Made by a program: the position numbers and the translations under genes | NCBI GenBank assembly: GCA_021846795.1 | Contig: JAJZWG010000001.1 | Location: forward strand, 1 to 45,371 | DNA: 45,371 nt | Origin: a bacterium | GTDB lineage: Bacteria; Patescibacteriota; Saccharimonadia; Saccharimonadales; UBA4665 | Direction of reading: 5' to 3' | Part shown: positions 1 to 8,794 of the stretch, one piece after another | Layout of the letters: the number at the start of each line of letters is the position of its first letter | How positions within the stretch are numbered: position 1 is the stretch's first letter | Notes under the pieces: generated by a model | Seen by the model: only the letters and a program-made list of their open reading frames with translations | What the model was told of the DNA's origin: nothing | The model's database searches: none

Positions 1-1
1 A

Positions 2-244
2 AAATTTAAGTTCACTAAACAAGAGGCTAAAAGTCGTATTCATCTTTTATCTAGAGTTTCAGAAGTTATTACACCTCAATTTGTAGAAAAAATCGTTCGT
101 GATATTAATGATGATGATATTATAGCAACAGCTGTTGCTGGTCGAGCAGATTATCTTGTAACCCTAGATAAAGACATGTTAATTCTTAAAAAACACAAAG
201 ACATAATAATTATTACACCGGCTCAATTTAAAGAATTAATATAA
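2..244 (+). CDS. PIN-domain toxin, C-terminal part (5' end outside the window)
   Basis: Frame is open from the window edge to TAA at 242-244. It translates to ...FVEKIVRDINDDDIIATAVAGRADYLVTLDKDMLILKKHKDIIIITPAQFKELI. This is the RD-x-DD...A...ADYLVT-DKD-L C-terminal signature I associate with TIGR00305-type PIN toxins. Confidence 0.55.
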   Translation, partial: KFKFTKQEAKSRIHLLSRVSEVITPQFVEKIVRDINDDDIIATAVAGRADYLVTLDKDMLILKKHKDIIIITPAQFKELI

Positions 245-732
245 GATCAACCCCTTAATTGAAATAACCTAAACTTACAAATAAATTATAAATATATCCC
301 TTTTACCGAATCTCAGTCGTGATAAGGTCACACCAGGCCCTCCACAAAGTGTATTTCATTCATTATTCTATTTAAGTTGGGTAGAGGTTGTACCTGTAAA
401 TAAGACTATTTTGTTGAAGGCTAAACATTTTATCTTTTTTAACTAAAAAACCATTAGGAAATATTAAGTCTTACCTTTTCTCATAGTAGCTTTGTCTAGA
501 CCACTAGTTAGCTAATAAACTATTGATAAAGTCTAGGAATCTGCTGAAATAGCGGTCTTAGGACTAGCAAATCTCTCAACGTGTTGGGGGTTATTAGGAT
601 CAGACTTAGCTTGTGATAGTTGTCCCACTCCCCATATAATAAACAACTAGTCTATTCTAGAATCTGACTAATTGAGTATAATTTAAATTTAAGTAGTTTT
701 TTAGAAAGGATCATTAATTATGGCTAAGGAAG

Positions 733-975
733 TTGTCACCTATTGAAATTAAAAATGAAATTATTACTAAGATTAGAGATGAAGGTCTGACAGTTAGTCA
801 GGCTGCCCATCAATATAATATTAGTATTAAAGCTATATATAACTGGATGAGAGATGGAGTAACCAATAGTCAGAATAGTTTAATCCTAGAGAATAACCGT
901 CTTAAGAAAGAAAATGAACAGCTCTATAATTTACTAGGTAGAGCTACAGTTGAACTTAAACGGTCAAAAAAGTAG
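733..975 (+). CDS. IS3-family transposase OrfA (HTH plus coiled coil), TTG start
   Basis: 80 aa: LSPIEIKNEIITKIRDEGLTVSQAAHQYNISIKAIYNWMRD followed by a heptad-like LENNRLKKENEQLYNLL. An ATG at 720 is out of frame, so the true N-terminus may be damaged. Confidence 0.65.
   Translation: MSPIEIKNEIITKIRDEGLTVSQAAHQYNISIKAIYNWMRDGVTNSQNSLILENNRLKKENEQLYNLLGRATVELKRSKK
966..972 (+). promoter_or_regulatory. -1 programmed ribosomal frameshift heptamer A AAA AAG (IS3 type)
   Basis: Zero-frame codons TCA AAA AAG TAG. The -1 frame continues open into OrfB-like sequence. Confidence 0.55.
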
Positions 976-1328
976 CCATCCTGGAAGTAGTCGAACCAGG
1001 ATGGCGATCATACTTTGCTACTATCCTAAAGGTTCCTCGTTCCAGCATATATGCTAAGCCCACCAAACAAGCTAGACGTGATGAGCTTGCTATAGCTCAA
1101 CTTAAAGCTGTCCACAAGTTTAATCCATATTATGGTGTAGTTCGTTTTGCTATTGAACTAAACTGGTCAGAAGCTAGACGAATACGTAATCTTAGCGGCA
1201 TTAAGGTTGCTAAACGATCTAAGAAGCATCGTAAGTCAGTTGGAGTAGCTGAGATTAGTGTTCCGGCTAATGCTTTAAAGTTCTATACTGACTTTAAAGA
1301 CAGTGATCGACCACTGCTACTAGCCTAA
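966..1328 (+). pseudogene. Truncated IS3-family OrfB (N-terminal HTH region only)
   Basis: The -1 frame relative to OrfA is open for 120 codons and stops at TAA 1326-1328. No DDE integrase core follows. Confidence 0.6.
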
Positions 1329-1380
1329 TTTAGTAAGCACAACCTGTCTAGAATTAGGAAGGGTTGACAAACTAGATAAA

Positions 1381-2235
1381 CTAAGGATTACAATAATCAC
1401 AATAACGTGGATCAGCAACTTGATCTTTGTTTGGATAAATAATATCTGCGGTATACTGACATTTATTACATTCATAAACGTCATATAATATACAGCTAGT
1501 TGGTCGACCACACTGTTGACAAGGTAATCCTAATTTTGGATCAATTCTATGAAAACCAAGACTATAACAATTTGGACATTGTCTCTTGATATTTTCAATC
1601 AAGTTTTTTGTAGCTAATTCAATATTTTTCATCCTCAATTGATTAACGTGTGCCCTAAAATCTGTTTCCAACCAAATAGATTTATATTTTTCTAAATATA
1701 TTGAGGCTGTAGTTATTAATTCTTCTTTATTGACTAAGCCTTTAACCATATCTGAATATTTTTTTTCACTACTTTTAATAACAATACCTTGGTTTGGAAA
1801 ATTAATTCTATTGGCAAATTCTAAGACTTCATCAAGATTAAATGCTGTAATACTTTGAGCATAATTAACCTTTTCAGTATGTCCACCGAAAATTTCTAAA
1901 TTTAATTTATTATCTATAAAAACCACTATTTCAGTATTAATAACCCCAAAAGGAACTGCCGGATGAGGACCAAAAATACCTTCACTAGCAATACCAATAT
2001 CTAAATTCAACATTTTCATAGCTATTCTTGCTTTAAGTAAAGCTGTTTCTTTTTGATTACCGGGTCTTTTTTTATCTAAAGTAAAAGTACCAAAATTATC
2101 TGTATCTAAGTTCTGTGGAACTTTAATTTTTATATTTAATTCTTTAGCAAACAATGGAGCAATGACAGTTTCTTTTTTATGTTTAGTGCCTAAAGCAGCT
2201 AATCGATTATCAAACAGTAAATTAATTTTATTCAT
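1381..2235 (-). CDS. Uncharacterised protein with a C-terminal double zinc ribbon
   Basis: 284-aa ORF. The last ~75 aa carry four CxxC pairs (CPNC, CQQC, CNKC, CDYC). The N-terminal ~200 aa (..GIASEGIFGPHPAVPFG..) has no motif I can name with certainty. Confidence 0.6.
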   Translation of the reverse strand: MNKINLLFDNRLAALGTKHKKETVIAPLFAKELNIKIKVPQNLDTDNFGTFTLDKKRPGNQKETALLKARIAMKMLNLDIGIASEGIFGPHPAVPFGVINTEIVVFIDNKLNLEIFGGHTEKVNYAQSITAFNLDEVLEFANRINFPNQGIVIKSSEKKYSDMVKGLVNKEELITTASIYLEKYKSIWLETDFRAHVNQLRMKNIELATKNLIENIKRQCPNCYSLGFHRIDPKLGLPCQQCGRPTSCILYDVYECNKCQYTADIIYPNKDQVADPRYCDYCNP

Positions 2236-2251
2236 TAGTTATAATGACAAT

Positions 2252-3028
2252 TTAATAAACATTAATTTCACCTAAAGATTTTGGTTGGGGTTGATAAACA
2301 TCTTGATATTTATAAACACCAGGATACTGGGCAACAAATGATTTTTGTTGTTGTTTATCAATAAAACCAAGCTTCAAAAGCGAATAAATATTTGGTGAAT
2401 CAGTTGATCTGGGGGTAAAAAACATTGGACCAGGTTGAGTAAAAGTAGATTTATTATCAATAATAATTTTAGTACCTGTCAGTACAGAAATTAAATTAGG
2501 CATAAAACCAAAACTATCATACCAAATTTTAAAAATTGGTTTTTTAATACGATGAAAAGTATTTTTATTTTCGTTAAAACAAAGTCCTGTTGGATAATAA
2601 CCTAAAGGACCTACCCCTATTTCACCTCTAATTTCTGGTTGATTATTAGCTTCAAACTGCCAAACACCCATTTTACTAACTTGAAAACTACTAGAACCAT
2701 GTGGAGGTATTGATCCTAAATCTAAAGCATAATTTTGATTTGGTTGATTGGCTAATGCTTCAAACAATAAGTTATTATTAGTAATATTTTTAACCGTTAC
2801 TTGACTGTTAAGTGGTACCGTTAATTCATTAGGATCAAAACCATACTTATCGAAATAAATAATTATTTTATTAGAGCAATTATTTGTAGAAATTTTTGGC
2901 TTAATAATTGGTTTTGGGTGAACAACCACAGTCGAATGAGGTTTTTCAATCAAAACTTTTCTTTTTTCTGACTTAAATGCCAAAACCAAACAGACAATGC
3001 ATACTAAAGCTAATAAAACTTTTACCAT
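2252..3028 (-). CDS. N-terminally anchored protein with two cupredoxin-like beta-sandwich repeats (tentative)
   Basis: TM helix (VKVLLALVCIVCLVLAF), then two ~100-aa repeats: IIIYFDKYGFDPNELTVPLNSQVTVKN... and FKIWYDSFGFMPNLISVLTGTKIIIDN.... No obvious Cu ligands. Confidence 0.45.
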   Translation of the reverse strand: MVKVLLALVCIVCLVLAFKSEKRKVLIEKPHSTVVVHPKPIIKPKISTNNCSNKIIIYFDKYGFDPNELTVPLNSQVTVKNITNNNLLFEALANQPNQNYALDLGSIPPHGSSSFQVSKMGVWQFEANNQPEIRGEIGVGPLGYYPTGLCFNENKNTFHRIKKPIFKIWYDSFGFMPNLISVLTGTKIIIDNKSTFTQPGPMFFTPRSTDSPNIYSLLKLGFIDKQQQKSFVAQYPGVYKYQDVYQPQPKSLGEINVY

Positions 3029-3163
3029 AAACTATTTAAAATTATTATACAACCATTAATGATATTTTTTTAAATAATATTAAGCTTTGATGTTATTATG
3101 AATAAACAAACTTTAAAAATATTTTAAGTAATTAATCAGTTAAAAACACTAAAATAAAAAGCT

Positions 3164-4144
3164 ATGAAAAAACCTAAAACCTATTTTTTAAAGGACAGTT
3201 TATTAATCGGGAAAAAAACTTTACTGATTACGCTTAAGCCTAAAACTCCAGATGACGAATTAGATTTTTTAGCTGGACAATATGCTTCAATTAATTTTGT
3301 GTATAATTTTCGTCCTTCTCCAGCTCGTTGTTTTTCAATTGTTAGTTCACCATATGAAAAAAACGAACTACAATTCGCCATACGAATTGACGGGGATTTT
3401 ACTAAAAAGCTAAAAAAATTACCACTAGATACAAAATTTTATATCAATGGACCATATGGTGATTTTGTTGTTGATGAAAATCTAGATAAACATGTTATTT
3501 TCTTAGCAGCTGGAATTGGCGTCACTCCTTTTATCAGTATGATTAAATATTTATCTGACGTTAAATCCAAAATAACTATCACTCTTTTTTATAGCAATAC
3601 CACACAAGATAATATTCCTTTCTATGAAGAATTAATGAGATTAACCAATATTAATCCAAATTTTAAAGTTATTTTCTTCGTCAGTAATGGTCCAATCGAT
3701 CCAGCTAAAAAAGGTTTTTTTATTGCTAACTATATTGAGATTGATCACATTAAAAGAATCGTCAAACGACGGACTAATAGTTTTACTTATTTTATATGTG
3801 GTCCAGCTAAATTTATTAATGATCTCAACCATGATTTAATTTCAATTAATGTTAAGCCCGAAAAAATCATTATTGAACAATTTACATCCAATAATAGAAT
3901 TAGTTCAATTTCTAATTTACCGAACCAAAAACTAGAAAAAAATATTTACTTATTATTACTTGCTATTATGATTTTTGGAGTTATTTTTATAACTGTCATT
4001 GATAATCTTTGGGCAATACCCCAAGTTCAAAATCTAATTTATAAACAAAATAATAATAATGGTTTCGTCATTCATCTCAATCAAAATAATCCCAACAATA
4101 TCTACTTACACGATAATCATTCACCCATTACTAGTGTCTCGTAA
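3164..4144 (+). CDS. FNR-like FAD/NAD(P)-binding oxidoreductase with a C-terminal TM anchor
   Basis: Motifs: RCFSIVSSP (RxYS-type FAD motif), GPYG, and FLAAGIGVTPFISM (NAD(P) GxGxxP). A TM helix LLLLAIMIFGVIFITVI lies near the C-terminus. Confidence 0.7.
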   Translation: MKKPKTYFLKDSLLIGKKTLLITLKPKTPDDELDFLAGQYASINFVYNFRPSPARCFSIVSSPYEKNELQFAIRIDGDFTKKLKKLPLDTKFYINGPYGDFVVDENLDKHVIFLAAGIGVTPFISMIKYLSDVKSKITITLFYSNTTQDNIPFYEELMRLTNINPNFKVIFFVSNGPIDPAKKGFFIANYIEIDHIKRIVKRRTNSFTYFICGPAKFINDLNHDLISINVKPEKIIIEQFTSNNRISSISNLPNQKLEKNIYLLLLAIMIFGVIFITVIDNLWAIPQVQNLIYKQNNNNGFVIHLNQNNPNNIYLHDNHSPITSVS

Positions 4145-5023
4145 ATGGAATATTTTTTTCAAAAAAAACACTTTGCCTTAAATTCAGATATTTTTATTTC
4201 AATCGTTAATAAAACCAAACAAAAACCAAACAAAATATTTTCATCAATTATTAAAACTATTGATGAATTTGAACAAAACTATTCACGTTTTCAACCAAAC
4301 AGTCAACTAACTAATCTTAATCATCATTCCAATCAAAAACTTCATGTTTCATCAGAATTTTTAAAAATTTTAAAAGAAGCTAAAAGACTTAGTAAATTAA
4401 CTAATGGGGTTTTTAATCCTTTTATTTTACCCAATCTACAACAAGCTGGTTATTTGGGCTCTTGGCCTCATCCAAATTACACTCAATCAAAACTTAACTA
4501 TCAAACTAAAGTTTTTCAAACTATCGATGAATTAGAACTTGGTCAAGATTGGGTTAAAATTCCTGAACAATCAGCTTTAGATTTAGGCGGCATTGGAAAG
4601 GGTTATTTATTGGACAAAATTTCTGATCAACTTTTAAAAGCTGGTTTCAATAATTATTGGTTATCAATTGGTGGTGATATTATTGTCAATGGACATGATG
4701 AAAATAAACAAAATTGGTCAATTAAAATTGCTGATGCTAAAAAAAATAATCACATTTATAAAATCATTAATAACAAATCTGATCAATTACTTAGTATAGC
4801 TACTTCTGGTATTACTAAACGACGCGGATTAAACTGGAACCATATTATTAATCCATTAACACTTCAACCAGTAGATAATAATATATTAACTGTTACGGTT
4901 AGTGGTAATCAAGCAACTGAAACAGATGTTTTAGCTAAAACAATTTTAATTAACGAACATTTACTTAATAAATTCCAATCAGCTGGATTAATTAATGAAT
5001 GTTTTATTCAGAGAAAAAATTAA
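4145..5023 (+). CDS. apbE: ApbE-family FAD:protein FMN transferase
   Basis: Motifs: FNPFI, LDLGGIGKGYLLD, SIGGDI and ATSGITKRR. The ATG directly follows the TAA of the upstream gene (TAAATG), suggesting translational coupling. Confidence 0.75.
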   Translation: MEYFFQKKHFALNSDIFISIVNKTKQKPNKIFSSIIKTIDEFEQNYSRFQPNSQLTNLNHHSNQKLHVSSEFLKILKEAKRLSKLTNGVFNPFILPNLQQAGYLGSWPHPNYTQSKLNYQTKVFQTIDELELGQDWVKIPEQSALDLGGIGKGYLLDKISDQLLKAGFNNYWLSIGGDIIVNGHDENKQNWSIKIADAKKNNHIYKIINNKSDQLLSIATSGITKRRGLNWNHIINPLTLQPVDNNILTVTVSGNQATETDVLAKTILINEHLLNKFQSAGLINECFIQRKN

Positions 5024-5523
5024 TAATGATGTTTTTTAGAATGAGATTTTTTAAATTTAAATCGTTCTAAAATTAAAAAGAATAAAATAGTCAAACAACT
5101 ACCAACAATTATAATTGATTTATTGATAATTAATTGATGAAAAAGATTATTATTAACCAAAGATGACACTTGACTACTTTTAATTAACGGTAAAGTTAAA
5201 AAAATCGCTAGAACAATAAAACAAATACTAGGAATTAGATTAATTAATCTATGAATTCCATGAACACTTTTAATCATAAAAATAAAAGTTAGAACAACTG
5301 GTAAATATAAGATAACTAATCTAGAATCGTAAGTTCGTGAAACATAAATAAAATTTGATGAACTAAATAAATTAACTAACTTATTAACATTGCCTGGCAA
5401 TAAATTAGTTAATAAATAACCAATTAATAAACTAAAAAACAAATAGACTCCATTAACTCCAAAAATATAAATAATTAATGATGAGATCACCAATAAAGCT
5501 ATTAAATAAATTTCATGAGCCAT
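5020..5523 (-). CDS. Polytopic membrane protein, unknown function
   Basis: 167 aa with 4-5 hydrophobic segments and a basic C-terminus (KFKKSHSKKHHY). Confidence 0.5.
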   Translation of the reverse strand: MAHEIYLIALLVISSLIIYIFGVNGVYLFFSLLIGYLLTNLLPGNVNKLVNLFSSSNFIYVSRTYDSRLVILYLPVVLTFIFMIKSVHGIHRLINLIPSICFIVLAIFLTLPLIKSSQVSSLVNNNLFHQLIINKSIIIVGSCLTILFFLILERFKFKKSHSKKHHY

Positions 5524-5563
5524 TAATTTAATATAGCATAATCAGTTTATTTGTCACCCACCC

Positions 5564-6469
5564 CTAAGCACCAATTCGATCTTTATGTCTGCCGGCTCGA
5601 GCCGCTAAGACAGCATAATTAACTATTTGAGTAGCTACGTCTTTACCTGTTATTAATTCAGGTGTTTTAATGCTAGCCGATGAATTAACCTCTAAAACTA
5701 AAGGTCCTCTTTCTGATCGCATCATATCAACACCACATACCGTTAAACCAGTAGCTCTAGCAGCCTTTTGAGCAGTTTTCTTTTCTTCATCAGTTAATTG
5801 AACAACTTTACCAACACCACCTTGGTGAGTATTTGCTCGAAAATCATCATCAAGACTTTGGCGAATGATACTAGCTACTACTTTTCCATTAATTACCAAT
5901 GCTCGAATATCTGTTCCAGCACTCTCTTGAATAAATTCTTGAACCAAAAAACTAACACCTTCCACATAAAAAGCTTGCATTACAGCTTTAGCAGCTTTTT
6001 TAGTCTCTGCTAAAACAACTCCGTTACCATGAGTTCCTCTAGCTACTTTTATAATAACAGGTGCCCCACCAACTTGTTCAATAACTCCATCAAAGTCTGA
6101 AGTATCTCGAGCAAAAACAGTTTTTGGAATACCTATACCAGCTTTAGACAATAACTGCATACTTCTTAATTTATCTCTTGAACGAACAATAGAAATTGAG
6201 CTTGCCGTCGTAAAAACATTTTGCATTTCAAATTGTCTGACTATAGCTGAACCATATTTTGTTAAATTTTGAGCTATTCGTGGAATAACGATATCGACAT
6301 CTTTAACTTCTTCACCCATATAATAAACCTTAGGTTCATTTTTTTCTAACGTAACGTAACATTTAGCATAATTAATAACTCGAACGTCATGACCCAAATC
6401 AAGACTAGCTTCTTTAAGCCTTTTAGTAGTGTAATTGCCTGGTCCTTTTGACAATATAATAATATTCAT
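5564..6469 (-). CDS. rimK: RimK-family ATP-grasp alpha-L-glutamate ligase
   Basis: 301 aa, MNIIILSKGPGNYTTKRLKEA... with an ATP-grasp core (..GAPVIIKVARGTHGNGVVL.., ..GVDMM..LVLEVNSS). Confidence 0.8.
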   Translation of the reverse strand: MNIIILSKGPGNYTTKRLKEASLDLGHDVRVINYAKCYVTLEKNEPKVYYMGEEVKDVDIVIPRIAQNLTKYGSAIVRQFEMQNVFTTASSISIVRSRDKLRSMQLLSKAGIGIPKTVFARDTSDFDGVIEQVGGAPVIIKVARGTHGNGVVLAETKKAAKAVMQAFYVEGVSFLVQEFIQESAGTDIRALVINGKVVASIIRQSLDDDFRANTHQGGVGKVVQLTDEEKKTAQKAARATGLTVCGVDMMRSERGPLVLEVNSSASIKTPELITGKDVATQIVNYAVLAARAGRHKDRIGA

Positions 6470-6480
6470 AATAATTTTTA

Positions 6481-6906
6481 TTACCTTTCCAAGCTATTTT
6501 CTAACTTTAAATTACCAACATCTACTAAAAAACGATGCTTTAAAACATTTCGACCGATTAAAATCGAATACTTCATTTTTGATCGATCAGTTAAAGTAAA
6601 CCAAGCCTTTAATTTATGATCATAAAGTTTAATATTTAATTTGATTCGATAACGTCTTTCAACTAAACCATTAGAACTTTTAATTTTAATGTAATCATAT
6701 TTATGAAAAATTAATTTTTGACCAGTGTAATAAATTGAATTAGGCTCAAAAAAAACAACTTCTAAACCATTTGGTTTAATAATTACACTACTAGCTGATA
6801 TGGTTGATAAATACGCTCCAGTATCAACTCGACAAATGACATTCCTAATATTTAAATTTAATAAATCAATCTTTTCGATTGGCCCAATTATTATTTTATT
6901 TAGCAC
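6481..6906 (-). CDS. Retropepsin-like aspartic endopeptidase (RimK-associated, so-called ATP-dependent zinc protease family), GTG start
   Basis: 141 aa with a catalytic-type RVDTGAYLS motif. Sits 11 nt upstream of rimK in the same orientation. Confidence 0.65.
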   Translation of the reverse strand: MLNKIIIGPIEKIDLLNLNIRNVICRVDTGAYLSTISASSVIIKPNGLEVVFFEPNSIYYTGQKLIFHKYDYIKIKSSNGLVERRYRIKLNIKLYDHKLKAWFTLTDRSKMKYSILIGRNVLKHRFLVDVGNLKLENSLER

Positions 6907-7105
6907 TTTTAAATTAAATCATATTTTATATTTTTTTTCAAGTTCTATCAACCACTATGATGATAGACTCTTAAAAAAACCACCACAATTACAACCAAAA
7001 CAATTAAAATAACTGTTATTAACATAGGAATAAAACCAGCTGAGTTATTTTTAAATTTTAGTTTTGTTTTCATTTTACTTATATTTAATTATATACTTAT
7101 TTATT

Positions 7106-7705
7106 ATGCAACCAGAACCCAACCAATCATTAAATTATGAAATGATTCAACATAGCAGCTATAATAATGGTTATATAACTGGTGTCTTATTAACTAAATA
7201 TTTACTAGAACTTGAAAAATCTAACCACGATGAATTAACTGGTTTATTAAACAGACGTGGATTAATTGATGAATTAAAAGATCAAGATTTAAGTAATTTT
7301 ACATTAATTTACTGCGACGTTAATAACTTTAAAAAAATTAATGATCTATTTGGTCACAATAAAGGTGACTATTTTTTACAGCAACTAGGTAATCAACTTA
7401 AAAAATCTTATCGTCCAGAAGATTTAATTGCTAGATTAGGGGGTGATGAATTTATTTTATTAATTAATCATCGACGAAGAGGTTTAGAAACTATCAACGA
7501 AGAAACTAAAATTAACCTAATTAAAAATCGGTTTTCTGAAATAGTCTCATCAATCATAACATCTCAACCTAATGAATATCATCAACAGAATTTAAATATA
7601 GCTTTTGGTGTAGTTAATTTTAAGACTAACGATGATTTATTTAGCATGATTGAACGAGCTGATCAGTTAATGTATCAATCTAAACGTAATCTTAAAGATC
7701 TTTAA
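7106..7705 (+). CDS. Stand-alone GGDEF diguanylate cyclase
   Basis: Motifs: [16 protein letters not shown], and an intact GGDEF preceded by an RPED I-site five residues upstream ([14 protein letters not shown]). The track ORF starts at TTG 7064. I prefer ATG 7106, which has TATACT 7 nt upstream. Confidence 0.75.
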   Translation: MQPEPNQSLNYEMIQHSSYNNGYITGVLLTKYLLELEKSNHDELTGLLNRRGLIDELKDQDLSNFTLIYCDVNNFKKINDLFGHNKGDYFLQQLGNQLKKSYRPEDLIARLGGDEFILLINHRRRGLETINEETKINLIKNRFSEIVSSIITSQPNEYHQQNLNIAFGVVNFKTNDDLFSMIERADQLMYQSKRNLKDL

Positions 7706-8774
7706 AAGTTTCCAATAATTCTTTTTGACGACGGTTTAAATGTGTTGGCGTATCAACATAAATAGTTACAATATGAGCTCCTCGTCCACTACCCTTAAAA
7801 TGAACTACGCCATGATTAGATAATTTAAAATCAGTACCATTTTGAGTACCAGCTGGTATTTTCATTCTAACTAAACCATCAATTGTATTAACATTAATTT
7901 CAGTACCTAAAGCAGCATCAATCATACTAATATGCTCAGAACTGAGAATTAAATCACCTTCTCTAGTAAATTTTTTATCAGCTTTTACTCTAATATTAAC
8001 ATACAGATCACCCTTCGAACCACCAGCTACTGCTTCACCATGTTCACGTAATCTAATCACTGCACCATCATCAATACCAGAAGGAATCTTAAGAGTAATT
8101 AATTGTTTTTTTAATCTAGTGCCTTTTCCTTTACAAACAGAACACAATTTTTCAGGTATTTTACCAGTTCCACGACAAGTTGGACAAATTGAAGCTTGTT
8201 GAATATTACCGAAAATTGTTCGACTAACGGTAACTACCTGTCCGTTACCATGACAAGTTGAACAAGTTTTCAATTCATAACCCGGCTCGACCGTTGAACC
8301 TTTACAATGCTCGCAGACATCGTCAAGGTTGATAGTTAATTCTATTTCAGTACCAAAAACAGCATCTCGAAAATCTATTTCAGCTTCAGCTTCAATATCT
8401 CTACCCTGTGATCGTTGTTGTTGAGAACTTCTGGTATTTTGGCCACCACCAAAAAAACTATTAAAAATATCACCAAAACCTAGGTCACCAAAGTCAAAAT
8501 TAATATTTTGGCCACCACCAAATCCTTCGAAACCATTAAATCCATTAAATCCGGCTGAACCACCAACTCCAGCTTTACCAAACTGATCATATCTTTGTCT
8601 TTTTTCAGGGTCTTTTAAAACCTCATAAGCTTCATTAATTTTTTTAAAATTTGCTTCATTGCCACCTCTATCAGGATGATGCTCAATGGCAGCTCGACGA
8701 AAAGCTTTTTTTATTTCATCAGGACTAGCATTTTTTGAAACACCAAGTATTTCATAATAATCATCGCTGGCCAT
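7692..8774 (-). CDS. dnaJ: Molecular chaperone DnaJ
   Basis: J domain with HPD (YYEILGV...HHPDRGG), a G/F-rich linker and four CxxCxGxG zinc-finger repeats. Confidence 0.95.
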   Translation of the reverse strand: MASDDYYEILGVSKNASPDEIKKAFRRAAIEHHPDRGGNEANFKKINEAYEVLKDPEKRQRYDQFGKAGVGGSAGFNGFNGFEGFGGGQNINFDFGDLGFGDIFNSFFGGGQNTRSSQQQRSQGRDIEAEAEIDFRDAVFGTEIELTINLDDVCEHCKGSTVEPGYELKTCSTCHGNGQVVTVSRTIFGNIQQASICPTCRGTGKIPEKLCSVCKGKGTRLKKQLITLKIPSGIDDGAVIRLREHGEAVAGGSKGDLYVNIRVKADKKFTREGDLILSSEHISMIDAALGTEINVNTIDGLVRMKIPAGTQNGTDFKLSNHGVVHFKGSGRGAHIVTIYVDTPTHLNRRQKELLETFKDL

Positions 8775-8794
8775 TAACTAGCATCTCCCTTATA

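Larger units (their letters stand above)
718..1328 (+). mobile_element. IS3-family insertion sequence remnant (OrfA plus N-terminal part of OrfB; DDE core missing)
   Basis: OrfA-type HTH/leucine-zipper ORF at 733-975, with an A AAA AAG slippery heptamer at 966-972. The -1 frame stays open for 120 codons (KKVAILEVVEPGW...ILKVPRSSIYAKPTKQARRDELAIAQLKAVHKFNPYYGVVRFAIELNW...) and ends at 1326-1328 before any DDE motif. No terminal inverted repeats could be paired. Confidence 0.7.

Noticed and set aside
1320-1511. 63-aa minus-strand ORF
   Set aside because: It is an out-of-frame overlap with the 3' end of the zinc-ribbon gene 1381-2235 and has no support.
3181-3832. Two minus-strand ORFs (66 and 63 aa)
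   Set aside because: They lie antisense within the FNR-like oxidoreductase gene.
5798-6013. 71-aa plus-strand ORF
   Set aside because: It lies antisense within rimK.
6900-6926. Possible fifth CIRCE (TTAGCACTT at the start of the retropepsin-like gene)
   Set aside because: Only the left half-site is present, and it derives from the GTG CTA AAT start codons. There is no matching GAGTGCTAA arm 9 nt away.
6800-7012. 70-aa plus-strand ORF
   Set aside because: It lies largely antisense to the 5' end of the retropepsin-like gene, and no signals support it.
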